A stretch of 64,000 nt of DNA from contig NW_027361850.1 of the NCBI RefSeq assembly GCF_039654945.1, positions 9,114,001-9,178,000 on the forward strand, in the 5' to 3' direction. The notes beneath the pieces were generated by a model. The model did no database searches, had not been told where the DNA came from, and saw only the letters and a program-made list of their open reading frames with translations. The stretch is from Dendrobates tinctorius (Eukaryota). The position numbers were made by a program, and so were the translations under genes. Every line of letters begins with the position of its first letter. Positions within the stretch are counted from its first letter, which is position 1. Positions 36,500-47,812 of this stretch are shown here, piece after piece.

Positions 36500-39400
36500 A
36501 GCCTCTGTAGCGGACTGAAAGTGTTCCCTTTGTGCTTCGCTCTGAACGCCTCAACCTTTCATCTTCCTCTTGAGCAAGAATGAAAGTCTGCTGGTTCAGG
36601 AGGGATTGGCAAAGGAGCAACAACTGGAGCAGGAATCGAGACGGGGACATATTGATAACACGTGAGGATAAATTGATAGTGGAAAGGAGACTCTTCCACC
36701 ATTGGTTGTCTGGGTGGTGGCTCCGAGGTAGGATTTGTGGAGGAGGTGAGGACATCACCAGTGGATTCTCTTTTGTACATAACTTCATGTGGTTTCTGTT
36801 CAGCGTCTATGGGGCCATTCCGGTTTCTTCACTTCATATACATCGGACTCCGGATATATGATAGCTGTAATTGTGTAGGGCTCTGTTTCCCAGAGTGAAT
36901 AGAGTTTCCCTGTATGGTGGCACTTCTTTAGGCAGACTTTGTCTCCAAGGTGAAGTGGGGAAGCATTAGCTCTTTGATTGTAGCTCTCTTCCTGTTGACG
37001 GTGAGCTTCGTCCATGCGGTGATCAACGATCTGCTGGGCTTCATGTATTCTTCGCTGATGCTCTGAGACCCATTCAGTTTTAGGCAGGGGATTGATCACA
37101 TCAGGAACCTGGATTCACAAAGCACGATCTTTTGGGAGTTGACCTTGTCTTCCAAACATCAAGTAATATGGCGAGTAGCCGGTAGAACAATGGACAGTAT
37201 TGTAGGTTTCCACTAACTCATCAAGTAGTTGAGGCCATTCAGCTTGTTTGGTAACAGATGCTGTTCGAAGTATATTGATAAAGGTCTGGTTGACTTTCTC
37301 ACAAAGGCCATTCCCTTGTGGATGATAGGCAGTGGTTTTTAGCTTCTTGCATCCATGGAATTGGCAGAGTTCTTGAAATAGTTGGGACTCAAAGGCAGGT
37401 CCACGGTCTGTGAGGACTGCTTCAGGGCAACAGTAATGTCTCACATATTCGTGGTAGGTGATAGCTGTAGTCCAAGCTGTAAGGTCTTTCACCGGTATAA
37501 CAGCAACCCACTTAGTATAGTGGTCCACCATGGTAAGCGCATACGTGTAGCCCGAACGAGTTGGAGCTAGCTTCACGTGATCAAAAGCAACTAGTTCGTT
37601 CGTTTTCTGAGAATGGATTGGATGAAGAGGAGCTCTGGCATCTTTCTTACCAGCTTTAGTGAGATTGCAAGCTGAACATATGCTACACCAATTCTCCATA
37701 TCTGAACGCATCCCAATCCAATAGAAGCGTTGGCATATGGTAGCTTCAGTTTTGTGTACGCCGAAGTGCCCAGACTGGTCATGGTAGGCATCGAGAACAA
37801 TTCTGGCATCTTGCAGTGGGATTAGAATCTGATGTAATCTTTCACCTGAAACAGGGTCCAGGGAATTGCGCAAGATCAAGCACTTTTGAATGAAGTCTTT
37901 TGCGCTGTCTCCACAGACGATTAAGCTCAACATCAGGAGATGGTCTGCGTCGTCGGGCAGGTATTCTCCCAGTAGTCAAGTATTCATACATCTCTCCTAA
38001 AACACGAGAATCCTTTTGAAGGGTTTGCCATCTCAATATATCTTGGGACAAATCCAGTTTCGGTTGAGAGACTGCATCAGTTTGTGTAGCAGCAGTGGCG
38101 TTCTGTGTAGCAAATCTTTGATAGAAAGGAGGCATCTCGACATCTTCCCATAGATCTTCCTCAGGAGGATCTTCTCCTATGGGCAAACGAGATAACACAT
38201 CTGCATTGATGTTGATCTTGCCACTGCGATACTTAATGTCAAAGCAGAAACTCGCCAATATTGAAGCCCATCTCTGCTCCAGAGCACCTAGCCGTACAGT
38301 ATTAAGGTGAGCGAGAGGCTTATTTTCTGTGTAAACAGTGAAGGGGGTAGCCGCGAGGTAATCTTTGAACCTCTCGGTGACAGCTCACACAAGAGCTAGC
38401 AGCTCTAACTTGAATGAGCTGTAATTGTTATCATTCCTCTCAGCACCTCTCAAGCTTCGGCTGGCATAGGCAATGACTCTCTTTGCCATTCTGGACTTGT
38501 GATAATACCGTCCCGAGGCCTTGATAGCTGGCATCTGTGTAGAGATGGAAAGGGTGGCAGTAGTCTAGATACACCAGAATTGGAAGGGAAGTTAGTAAGC
38601 TTTTCAGCATCTGAAAGGCAGTTTCTTGTCGTTCAGACCAATCAATTGGAAATCTTCTGTCGTAGTGTTCTCTAGGGCTACCTCGTAGCAGTTCTGTAAG
38701 GGATTCTGCTATCTGCGCAAAATGAGGGATGAATCCGCGGTAGTAGCCTGCAAACCCTAGGAAACTCTTGACTTCTTTTACAGTTCTTGGAGTATCCCAG
38801 TCATTCACAGCTGATGTTTTGTCAGGATCAGGCTGGATACCTTCGGCACTTACAACATGACCCAGGTATTTGACCTTCGGCTTGAGCAGATGGCACTTTG
38901 ATGGTTTTAGTTTCAGGCCATGTTCAATGAGTACCTGGAATACTTCTGCAAGATGGCATAAGTGTTCTTCATAAGTACGGGAATACACAATAACATCATC
39001 GAGATATAACAGAACACTTTGGAAGCTGAGGTGACCGAGACATCTCTCCATGAGTCGCTGAAATGTAGCAGGGGGAGTGCATAACCCAAATGGCATACCG
39101 TCGAACTCGTAGAGTCCCATCGGGGTGGTGAAGGTTGTCTTCTCTCTATCTTCAGGAGCCATGGGTACCTGCCAATAGCCACTGGTCAAGTCAAGAGTGG
39201 AGAAATATGCAGCTGAGCCAAGAACCGTGATGGATTCTTCAATCCGTGGAAGAAGACAGGCGTCTTTGTGCGTAACGCTGTTCAGCTTTCTGTAGTCAAC
39301 ACAAAACCTGATGCTACCATCCTTTTTCTTCACCAGGACGATTGGTGCAGCCCATGGGCTTTGACTTTCTCGAATGACTTTAGAATCTTTCATCTCCTTT

Positions 39401-40091
39401 AACAGCATCTTTACTTCCTGATAGTTAGCAGGAGGAACTGGACGGTGTCTTTCCTTGATAGGAGGATGATCACCTGTTTGGATTCTGTGTTGTATCAGGG
39501 ATGTCCTGCCAAAGTCAAGTGGGTGCTTGCTGAAAGCTTGGCTGTGTCGTTTAGCAACTTTGGTGACACCCTGGATGTGTTCAATGGGATTGTTTAGTAT
39601 CCCTGACATTAAGTTCCTTCGACCAGAAGGTAGTGGGTGTGTTAGAGCCTTTGGGAGCGGCTTTCATCGACTTTTAATGAGCGAGTGTCTTGTCATCTAG
39701 GATGTCTTCAGGATCAAAGCTGTACAGTTGAGCAACTGAATTAAACTTGTATAACTCGATGGGTGCATCACTCAGGTTGATTAACCGTACTGGTACTCTA
39801 CCGTTTGAGATAGTGATGATACTTCTGGCAGCTTTTATCAGGGGCTGTCCTTCAATTGGGATGGAGTTGAGAAGTGCTTTATAGTCTTCGTTGTTAATTC
39901 CTGGTCGGGCTCTGCACCAGACTACAGTCTCACTGTTGGCCGACAAGGCAACTGGTCGTGTGTCGGTGATACGCACACGGCAGATCTCACCTTTACAGTT
40001 GGCAAACTTCTGTTGGGCACAGAGCACTTTGATGATCCGTTGAACAGCTTTCCTGTAAGGGGGAGAAACAGAAGGGAGAGAAGCATGCAAG
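36500..40091 (-). pseudogene. pol (RT, RNase H, integrase) of Gypsy E with several frameshifts
   Basis: LVKKKDGSIRFCVDYRKLN, YLDD, YTDAS, HDQSGH..CSAC, TDRG, GNGLCE. Confidence 0.92.
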
Positions 40092-40444
40092 GCAGCTGTC
40101 ACGTCGGCGGCGGTAGCCGCCGCCGTTCCAGCAACAGCGGGGCCCGCCGCCGCCTTTACTTACCTGCGCTCGCCGCGCCGCTCTGTGCCCGCCTCCTCTT
40201 CCTTCTCCTCCGTCCAGCGTGTGCCGGCTTCCTGCGGGCGCCTTAGGCCGCGGGCGCGCGCTCTGCAGATCCTTTAACCCTGCAGCGCCGCCCAGCGGTC
40301 TGAGCGCCCAATCAGCCCACTTCTGCAGGGTATATCAGGCGTCTCCAACATGGTGGAGACGCCCGATTATCGTGTGGACTTCCGTGCGGTATCCTGGCCT
40401 GGGTGTTTAGGGGTTTCTCCCTTCTCACTCCTTACATGCCTCCG

Positions 40445-40710
40445 CTCCGTCCTGTACTCTGTGCCTCTGCCCAGTCCTGTACTCCGTGCCTCTGCTCCGT
40501 CCTGTACTCCGTGCCTCTGCTCCGTCCTGTACTCCGTGCCTCTGCTCCGTCCTGTACTCCGTGCCTCTGCTCCGTCCTGTACTCCGTGCCTCTGCTCAGT
40601 CCTGTACTCCGTGCCTCTGCCCAGTCCTGTACTCCGTGCCTCTGCCCAGTCCTGTACTCCGTGCCTCTGCCCAGTCCTGTACTCCGTGCCTCTGCCCAGT
40701 CCTGTACTCC
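40445..40710 (+). repeat. 25-bp VNTR within LTR D; a shorter array lies in the 3' LTR at ~45573-45745
   Basis: TCCGTGCCTCTGC(CCA/TCC)GTCCTGTAC units; LTR lengths 842 vs 742 bp. Confidence 0.9.
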
Positions 40711-40951
40711 AGTGCCCAGTCCGATACTCCAGTTCTCAGTCCGGCACCCTCCACTCAGTCCTTCGAGCCGCCCCTCTTGGTTCTAGCAGTCGCGGTATCT
40801 GTCTTCTGAGGGTCTGCCCCTAACGGCCCCTGTATAGGGGTCGGCACCACCTGGCGCGCTCACCCCTGGGAGCTCCAGTGCCGCGATCCAGAGGGTCCAC
40901 TCTCGGACGTAACCTATCTTATCTCAGCATACGTCACAGCATAATCAGGCC

Positions 40952-43900
40952 ATGGACCCTGCTAGCGCCTCAGCGGCCACCCAAAAAGAATTGCTCTTTT
41001 TGCGTGAAAATCAGACTAGAATAATGTCTTTTATGAAGTCCATGGACACCCGCCTTTCCGCCTTACAAACCAACGACCCGGGGAACGCCCCGTTGCTAGC
41101 AGGACTCCAGCAGGAGCTCGTGCAGCAGCGTGACGCCCAATCCCACATTCTTAGCTACATGGCGTCCGTGGACGACCGACTCCAATCGCTACAGTCCTCT
41201 GCTGCCGCTTCTGTCCTACCTCGGGATCCCCTAGCCCATCCTCCACCACCATGCTTGGGGAAACCTCCCAGGTTTAGCGGTGACCCCAAGTTGTGTCGGA
41301 GGTTTTTGAACCAGTGCCGTTTGCACTTCGAGCTCCTGCCTCAGCAATACCCCTCGGATCGGGCCAAGGTAGCTTTCATTGTGTCCCATTTAGAGGGAGA
41401 GGCCTTAGCCTGGGTAAATCCCCTCTGGGAGAGAGATGACCCGGTGGTATCTAGCATCCACAACTTCCTGGATACTTTCCGCAGGGTATTTGATGAGCCT
41501 GGCCGTGTGGCCTCCACCACGGAGGCTCTTTTCAATCTTCGCCAAGGCTCCCTCACCGTCGGTCAATATGCTATCCGCTTCCGGACCCTGGCCTCTGAAC
41601 TGGGGTGGAATAACGAGGCTTTGGTTGGGGCCTTTTGGAGGGGACTCTCGGGTAAAATAAAGGATGAGCTGGCTGGCCGGGACACCCCTACCATTCTGGA
41701 GGATCTCATATCCCTAGCTACCCGTATTGATTTACAGTTCCAGGAACGCTCCCGGGAGTCAGTTAGGGAGAAGAGATCTTTTCGGTTATACCAGGCGCCC
41801 ATTCCCCGCTCTCCAGCGTCTTCCAGTAATTCCACTCCTGAGCCCATGCAAGTAGACCGTGTGAGGTTGTCAGAGCAGGAACGCAGGGAGAGAAGGACAC
41901 AGGGCCTTTGCCTTTATTGTGGCGGGGCTAACCATTTTGTGCGCACGTGCCCAGTGCGGCCTGGGAAACGCCTCCGCCTAGGCCAGGTAAGAGAGGCCTC
42001 CCTAGGTGACACCGATTCCTCTCTACCCCTTACTATTTCGGCTTTAATTGTTTCAGGTCGGGAGCGCAGATCTGTGGAGGCGTATGTGGACTCGGGTGCG
42101 GCTGGTAACTTCATCCGGCTCAAGGAAGTGGACCAGCTGCGAATTCCAGTTGTGACGTTAGAGAGTCCGCGCTCCATCGCTTCCGTGGATGGCAAACCGC
42201 TATCTGAACCTATCACCATGGTCACTCTTGAGGTGGAGATACAAGTTGGAGCTCTTCACCGAGAAAAAATCGCCTTTTATGTTTTGCCCAGTTTGTCTCA
42301 TGCCGTGCTCCTAGGCTTACCCTGGCTTCGTCTACACGAGCCCGTTCTAGACTGGCATTCCGGGGAGATCCTCCGTTGGGGACACTTCTGCCATAAACGC
42401 TGTCTGTTGCCGGTATCTCGCCCCAGTCCGCAGCAAGCTCCTATCGACCTTCCTGGGCTCCCTACGGCTTACCACTCGTTTGCAGACGTCTTCAGTAAGA
42501 AGGAGGCTGAGATTCTACCGCCGCATCGTGCCTATGACTGCCCTATTGAGCTGTTGCCAGGAGCAATCCCTCCCAGGGGAAGAATTTATCCCCTGTCGCC
42601 GGCAGAAACCGCGGCCATGTCTGAATATGTCCAGGAGAACTTGGCTCGGGGTTTTATTCGGAAGTCATCTTCTCCTGCTGGAGCAGGATTCTTTTTCGTC
42701 CGGAAGAAAGACGGATCCCTTCGGCCATGTATTGACTACCGAGGCATGAACAGTATCACGGTCAAGAATAGGTATCCCCTGCCGCTGATCCCAGAACTCT
42801 TTGACCGCTTGAGAGGGGCCCGGATCTTCACCAAATTGGATCTGCGGGGAGCCTATAACTTGATCCGAATCCACTCCGGGGATGAATGGAAGACGGCCTT
42901 CAATACTCGGGACGGCCATTACGAGTATTTGGTTATGCCCTTTGGTCTCTGCAATGCCCCTTCGGTTTTTCAGGAGTTCGTTAATGAGATCTTCCGAGAC
43001 CAACTCTACTCTTCTGTCGTGGTATACTTAGATGACATACTCATCTTTTCCCCCGACTTATCCACTCACAGAAAAAGTGTTCGGCTGGTTCTGCAACGTC
43101 TACGGGAGAACAGACTCTACGCCAAACTAGAAAAGTGTCTGTTCGAGCAGTCCTCGTTGCCTTTCCTAGGGTATATCATCACGGACTCCGGAATAATGAT
43201 GGATCCCGAAAAATTGGCTGCCGTGCTCAAGTGGCCACGTCCGGTTGGAGTAAAAGCGATCCAGCGGTTCCTGGGTTTTGCGAACTATTACAGACAGTTC
43301 GTTCCCTTCTTCTCCTCGGTAACCAAGCCCATCTCTGTCCTGACCAGGAAGGGGACCAAACCAAATGCCTGGACTCCAGAGGCTGAAGAGGCCTTTCTTG
43401 CTTTGAAGCAGTCCTTTGCTACCGCCCCGGTTCTACATCGACCGTTGGTCAATAGGCCCTTCATCCTAGAAGTGGATGCCTCTTCTACTGGTGCGGGAGC
43501 GGTGCTTTCTCAGCGGACCACTTCTGGTCAAGTGGTACCATGTGGATTCTTCTCTAGGTCGTTCTCTCCCGCAGAATGCAATTATGCCATTGGGGACCGG
43601 GAATTACTGGCCATTAAGATGGCCCTGGAGGAGTGGCGGTATCTTTTGGAAGGGGTGGTCCATCCATTCATAATCTTCACTGACCACAAGAACTTGGCAT
43701 ATCTTCAGTCCGCGCAAAGGCTCAACTCCAGGCAAGCCAGGTGGTCGCTATATTTCTCCCGGTTTGACTTCAAACTCCATTTTCGACCGGGGGACAGAAA
43801 CATCAAGGCAGATGCTCTGTCCAGGTCCCTACAATCACCTGAGGTTGAGGAGGGGTCATCTCACATCATTGAGCCTGCCAAAATTGTCACCGTGGCGCCC

Positions 43901-45412
43901 GTGACGCTTTCTCCCATCCCGCCAGGCAAGAAACTCGTTCCACAGAATAAGAGATCTGAGGTCCTGGATTGGAGGCATTCTTCCAAGGTTGCGGGTCACG
44001 TCGGGGTCAAGAAAACCCTCAGCCTTCTTTCGCGCTACTACTGGTGGCCATCCCTTCGCCAAGATGTGACTGATTTTATATCCTCCTGTACGGCTTGTGC
44101 TCTGAACAAGGTACCTAGAAGTCTGCCGTCCGGTCTGCTCCACCCTTTGCCTCCTCCTGAAGCCCCTTGGCGACAAATTGGTATGGATTTCATCACCGAT
44201 CTTCCACGTTCTTCCGGATGTACTACCATCTTAGTAGTGGTCGATCGGTTCTCCAAAATGGCCCATTTCATCCCTCTGCCCGGATTACCCACGGCATCTG
44301 AGCTGGCCAAGGTCTTCATACACCAGATCTTTAGGCTTCACGGACTCCCTCAACGAATTGTCTCTGATCGCGGAGTCCAATTTACCTCCCGTTTCTGGAG
44401 GGCACTCAGCAAGCTCATGGGTATATCTCTAGACTTCTCCTCTGCTTATCACCCTCAGTCCAATGGACAAGTTGAGCGAATCAACCAGGTATTAACAGCC
44501 TACCTGCGTCACTTCTCGAACGCCCATCAAGACAACTGGGTGTCTCTTCTGCCGTGGGCAGAGTTTGCCCACAACAACCACCCCAGTGAGTCCACCACCA
44601 AAACGCCGTTCTTCGTGGTTTCCGGCCAGAACCCTGGTGTTCCACTACCTCTCCCTACGCCTTCTGGTGTTCCTGCAGCAGATGCCCTCGCCACCGAATT
44701 TTCTCAAGTCTGGAAGGAGACCAGAGAAGCTCTTGAAAGATCCAGTATCCGGATTAAAAGACATGCAGATAAGAGGCGCAGGGACCTTCCACCTTACCAA
44801 CCTGGCGACAAAGTTTGGCTGTCAACTAAGTATATCCGTTTGAAGTTGCCTTCTTACAAACTGGGTCCTCGGTACATCGGCCCGTTCCAGGTCTTGGGAC
44901 GCATTAATAACGTGGCTTATAAATTGAAGTTGCCGGCTTCGCTTCGGGTCCCTAACGCCTTCCATGTCTCGCTCCTTAAACCTGTTGTGCTGAATCGGTA
45001 CTGCTCAGCTCCTCCTTCTTCTCCTCAGCCAGTAGGGGCTGATGATGTCTTTGAGGTGAAAGAGATTCTTGCCGTGAAAAAAGTTCGGGGGCGTACCCTC
45101 TACCTTGTTGATTGGAAGGGTTTTGGTCCCGAGGAGAGGTCCTGGGAGCCTAAAGAGAATATTAATGCTCCTCGTCTTTTAAAGAGGTTTTTGTCTAACC
45201 TCAAGAAGGGGAGACGTAAAGGGGGGGGTACTGTCACGTCGGCGGCAGTAGCCGCAGCCGTTCCAGCAACAGCGGGGCCCGCCGCCGCCTTTACTTACCT
45301 GCGCTCGCCGCGCCGCTCTGTGCCCGCCTCCTCTTCCTTCTCCTCCGTCCAGCGTGTGCCGGCTTCCTGCGGGCGCCTTAGGCCGCGGGCGCGCGCTCTG
45401 CAGATCCTTTAA
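40952..45412 (+). CDS. Gag-Pol polyprotein (capsid, zinc knuckle, protease, RT, RNase H, integrase, chromodomain), 1486 aa
   Basis: CLYCGGANHFVRTC, VDSGA, YLDD, EVDAS..TDH, H..GH..CTAC, MDF/SDRG/GQVE, GPF motif, FEVKEIL..YLVDWKGF..SWEP. Confidence 0.97.
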   Translation: MDPASASAATQKELLFLRENQTRIMSFMKSMDTRLSALQTNDPGNAPLLAGLQQELVQQRDAQSHILSYMASVDDRLQSLQSSAAASVLPRDPLAHPPPPCLGKPPRFSGDPKLCRRFLNQCRLHFELLPQQYPSDRAKVAFIVSHLEGEALAWVNPLWERDDPVVSSIHNFLDTFRRVFDEPGRVASTTEALFNLRQGSLTVGQYAIRFRTLASELGWNNEALVGAFWRGLSGKIKDELAGRDTPTILEDLISLATRIDLQFQERSRESVREKRSFRLYQAPIPRSPASSSNSTPEPMQVDRVRLSEQERRERRTQGLCLYCGGANHFVRTCPVRPGKRLRLGQVREASLGDTDSSLPLTISALIVSGRERRSVEAYVDSGAAGNFIRLKEVDQLRIPVVTLESPRSIASVDGKPLSEPITMVTLEVEIQVGALHREKIAFYVLPSLSHAVLLGLPWLRLHEPVLDWHSGEILRWGHFCHKRCLLPVSRPSPQQAPIDLPGLPTAYHSFADVFSKKEAEILPPHRAYDCPIELLPGAIPPRGRIYPLSPAETAAMSEYVQENLARGFIRKSSSPAGAGFFFVRKKDGSLRPCIDYRGMNSITVKNRYPLPLIPELFDRLRGARIFTKLDLRGAYNLIRIHSGDEWKTAFNTRDGHYEYLVMPFGLCNAPSVFQEFVNEIFRDQLYSSVVVYLDDILIFSPDLSTHRKSVRLVLQRLRENRLYAKLEKCLFEQSSLPFLGYIITDSGIMMDPEKLAAVLKWPRPVGVKAIQRFLGFANYYRQFVPFFSSVTKPISVLTRKGTKPNAWTPEAEEAFLALKQSFATAPVLHRPLVNRPFILEVDASSTGAGAVLSQRTTSGQVVPCGFFSRSFSPAECNYAIGDRELLAIKMALEEWRYLLEGVVHPFIIFTDHKNLAYLQSAQRLNSRQARWSLYFSRFDFKLHFRPGDRNIKADALSRSLQSPEVEEGSSHIIEPAKIVTVAPVTLSPIPPGKKLVPQNKRSEVLDWRHSSKVAGHVGVKKTLSLLSRYYWWPSLRQDVTDFISSCTACALNKVPRSLPSGLLHPLPPPEAPWRQIGMDFITDLPRSSGCTTILVVVDRFSKMAHFIPLPGLPTASELAKVFIHQIFRLHGLPQRIVSDRGVQFTSRFWRALSKLMGISLDFSSAYHPQSNGQVERINQVLTAYLRHFSNAHQDNWVSLLPWAEFAHNNHPSESTTKTPFFVVSGQNPGVPLPLPTPSGVPAADALATEFSQVWKETREALERSSIRIKRHADKRRRDLPPYQPGDKVWLSTKYIRLKLPSYKLGPRYIGPFQVLGRINNVAYKLKLPASLRVPNAFHVSLLKPVVLNRYCSAPPSSPQPVGADDVFEVKEILAVKKVRGRTLYLVDWKGFGPEERSWEPKENINAPRLLKRFLSNLKKGRRKGGGTVTSAAVAAAVPATAGPAAAFTYLRSPRRSVPASSSFSSVQRVPASCGRLRPRARALQIL

Positions 45413-47638
45413 CCCTGCAGCGCCGCCCAGCGGTCTGAGCGCCCAATCAGCCCACTTCTGCAGGGTATATCAGGCGTCTCCAACATGGTGGAGACGCCTG
45501 ATTATCGTGTGGACTTCCGTGCGGTATCCTGGCCTGGGTGTTTAGGGGTTTCTCCCTTCTCACTCCTTACATGCCTCTGCTCCGTCCTGTACTCCGTGCC
45601 TCTGCCCAGTCCTGTACTCCGTGCCTCTGCCCAGTCCTGTACTCCGTGCCTCTGCCCAGTCCTGTACTCCGTGCCTCTGCCCAGTCCTGTACTCCGTGCC
45701 TCTGCCCAGTCCTGTACTCCGTGCCTCTGCCCAGTCCTGTACTCCAGTGCCCAGTCCGATACTCCAGTTCTCAGTCCAGCACCCTCCACTCAGTCCTTCG
45801 AGCCGCCCCTCTTGGTTCTAGCAGTCGCGGTATCTGTCTTCTGAGGGTCTGCCCCTAACGGCCCCTGTATAGGGGTCGGCACCACCTGGCGCTCTCACCC
45901 CTGGGAGCTCCAGTGCCGCGATCCAGAGGGTCCACTCTCGGACGTAACCTATCTTATCTCAGCATACTTCACAGCAGCGAGCAATTCAGGAAACACATGC
46001 CGCATAACATTCATGCCTACCACTACTTCTGTTGTATCTCCTTTAGCCATAGTAACAATTACACCTTGACCTGGTAACTTACGATCCCCAATTTGGATGA
46101 TGGGTTCCCAGTAGCCTAGCTGGGGAACAGATTGACCATTACTTGCAATCACACTTAACCTCGCTTTGCCCACTGGATTCAGAATATCATAGTCCCAATT
46201 CTTCTCAAAAGTTTGGCGGTCAATGGTGGTAACTTGTGAACCAGTGTCTAGCAAAGCTTCCAAAGGTACACCATCAATCCATATGGTTATATACTGGCAT
46301 TTGGAGACAAACCTGGAGACTCATTGTGACTGTCCCTCTGGGCCTTTGGATTCACCTCCCGAGGGGTGGCCCTCAGCCTCAGGGGTTACCAGTTTAACTT
46401 ATAGCATTGATACATATAGAGCTCAGTACAATAAGTACAGTAGACACAATCTCCAGATGGAAGCCCTCCAGCACCTGGGCGACTAGAACGTGGTTTTGGG
46501 GACACTGCCTGACTTATGGATGAGTCGCGTGGTGCAGGGGATTGGCTTTTTAGTTCCTTTAAGGCTTGACATAGAGTCAAGGACTTGGACAAGTGCATCT
46601 GTGGTAATAGGAGTATGACCGAGAGTAGGGGCTGGCACGTACTGTGTGGCCTGCATAAATGGAGCAGGTGAAGGTGGAGATACAGTGGATATTCCGGCAG
46701 CCAGGTCTAGAGAACAAGGAGCAGAAGCATAACTGGGACAAGGTGAGTCATTACCCACTACCCGCAAGGCTAGAGCTTTAAAGTCTAAGAAAGTCATGCT
46801 GGTGTTTTGTGCTGCTAGCATGCGGAGTTGACTTTGTATGAGTCTGGAATCCACACCTTCTATGAATCTGTCAGTGATTATATTTTCTGTAGCAGCAGGA
46901 TCTAGTTTGTCTATTTGCTGTAAAGCCCTGTATGCAGACTGAAGGGCTAATGTGCAGTCCCGGAGGGTCTCACCTGGTTCCTGACGTCAGCTGTAAAATT
47001 TTAGATGAACCTCGGTAGGCTACTGGCGCTCAAATTCTTTTCTCAGGCGCGTGAGGATCTGTTCTACGCTGGTCTTTTCAGTAGATGACCAGGAACGGAC
47101 TTCTTCAGCTGCTGGACCTTCAAGCTGACCCAGGAGAAGCTGTACCCGCTGATGGGGAGAAAGTGAGAAGAGTTCAAGAGTGTACAATAGTTTTTCTTTG
47201 AACCCAGCAAGTGTATGGGGATCTCCTCTGTAGCTTGGGAGACTAGAGGTTCTTATGAAGAATGGCATGCCAGTGGCCATGACAGGGGCTGGAAACGGGT
47301 TTTCGGCATTAGCCTGTGAAACTGGAACACTAGCTGATGACGATGATGGTGTAGCGTTAGTGGACCCTGCCTGGTCATTATGAAGAGGGTCAGACATTTT
47401 GGTGATAACAGTACTGTCTCTTTAAGAATAAGGACGACACTGTAACTTAAAGAAATGCACAATTATACAGCAACACAGTTTGTGAAATGGAAGGCTCCCC
47501 CTCTTGAATATAGCACTGCTGGAAACAAGAATTTGCACTTATCTGTATAACTTGAGAGGCAGGAGAGGAGAGAAGCTGTTGCAGAAGTCGGTCACAGTGT
47601 GTGCAAAACAGGCAGGCATCTAAGTGATATTACAATTA

Positions 47639-47785
47639 ATATTAGCCTGATGAAGGGACCTTCTGAGCCCTGAAAGCTTTCAAATATAATTTCTCTGGTT
47701 AGCAATATTAGCCTGATGAAGGGGCTTTCTGAACCCAGAAAGCTTGCAAATATAATCTCTATGGTTAGCCAATAAAGGTATCACT
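47639..47785 (+). ncRNA. Two tandem minimal type I hammerhead ribozyme motifs (66-nt period), PLE pseudo-LTR remnant
   Basis: CTGATGA at 47647 and 47713, AGGG/CCCT-type stem II, GAAA at 47672 and 47738, palindromic AAGCTT stem III, stem I ATATTAGC/GCAAATAT, followed by AATAAAGGTATCAC. Confidence 0.8.
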
Positions 47786-47812
47786 CCTTTAATACTTTTC
47801 TCATTTTTTGGG

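Larger units (their letters stand above)
40097..45973 (+). mobile_element. Full-length, young Ty3/Gypsy chromovirus (D; Sushi/Tf1 group)
   Basis: LTRs 40097-40938 and 45232-45973 (about 8 substitutions counted by eye), perfect 5-bp TSD GCAGC, PPT AAAGGGGGGGG at 45218, uninterrupted ORF. Confidence 0.98.
35690..47630 (-). mobile_element. Gypsy element E (PNMA-like gag lineage), degraded and split by element D
   Basis: gag 46480-47397 (LLGQLEGPAAEEVRSW), protease LLDTGSQVT (45979-46270), RT YLDD (38440-39609), integrase (37115-37933), PPT AGAGGGGAAGTA then TGTAGT LTR start at 36111; left boundary approximate. Confidence 0.88.

Noticed and set aside
40952-45412. Domesticated PEG10/RTL1-like host gene
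   Set aside because: Two LTRs, a PPT and a TSD show it is a retrotransposon.
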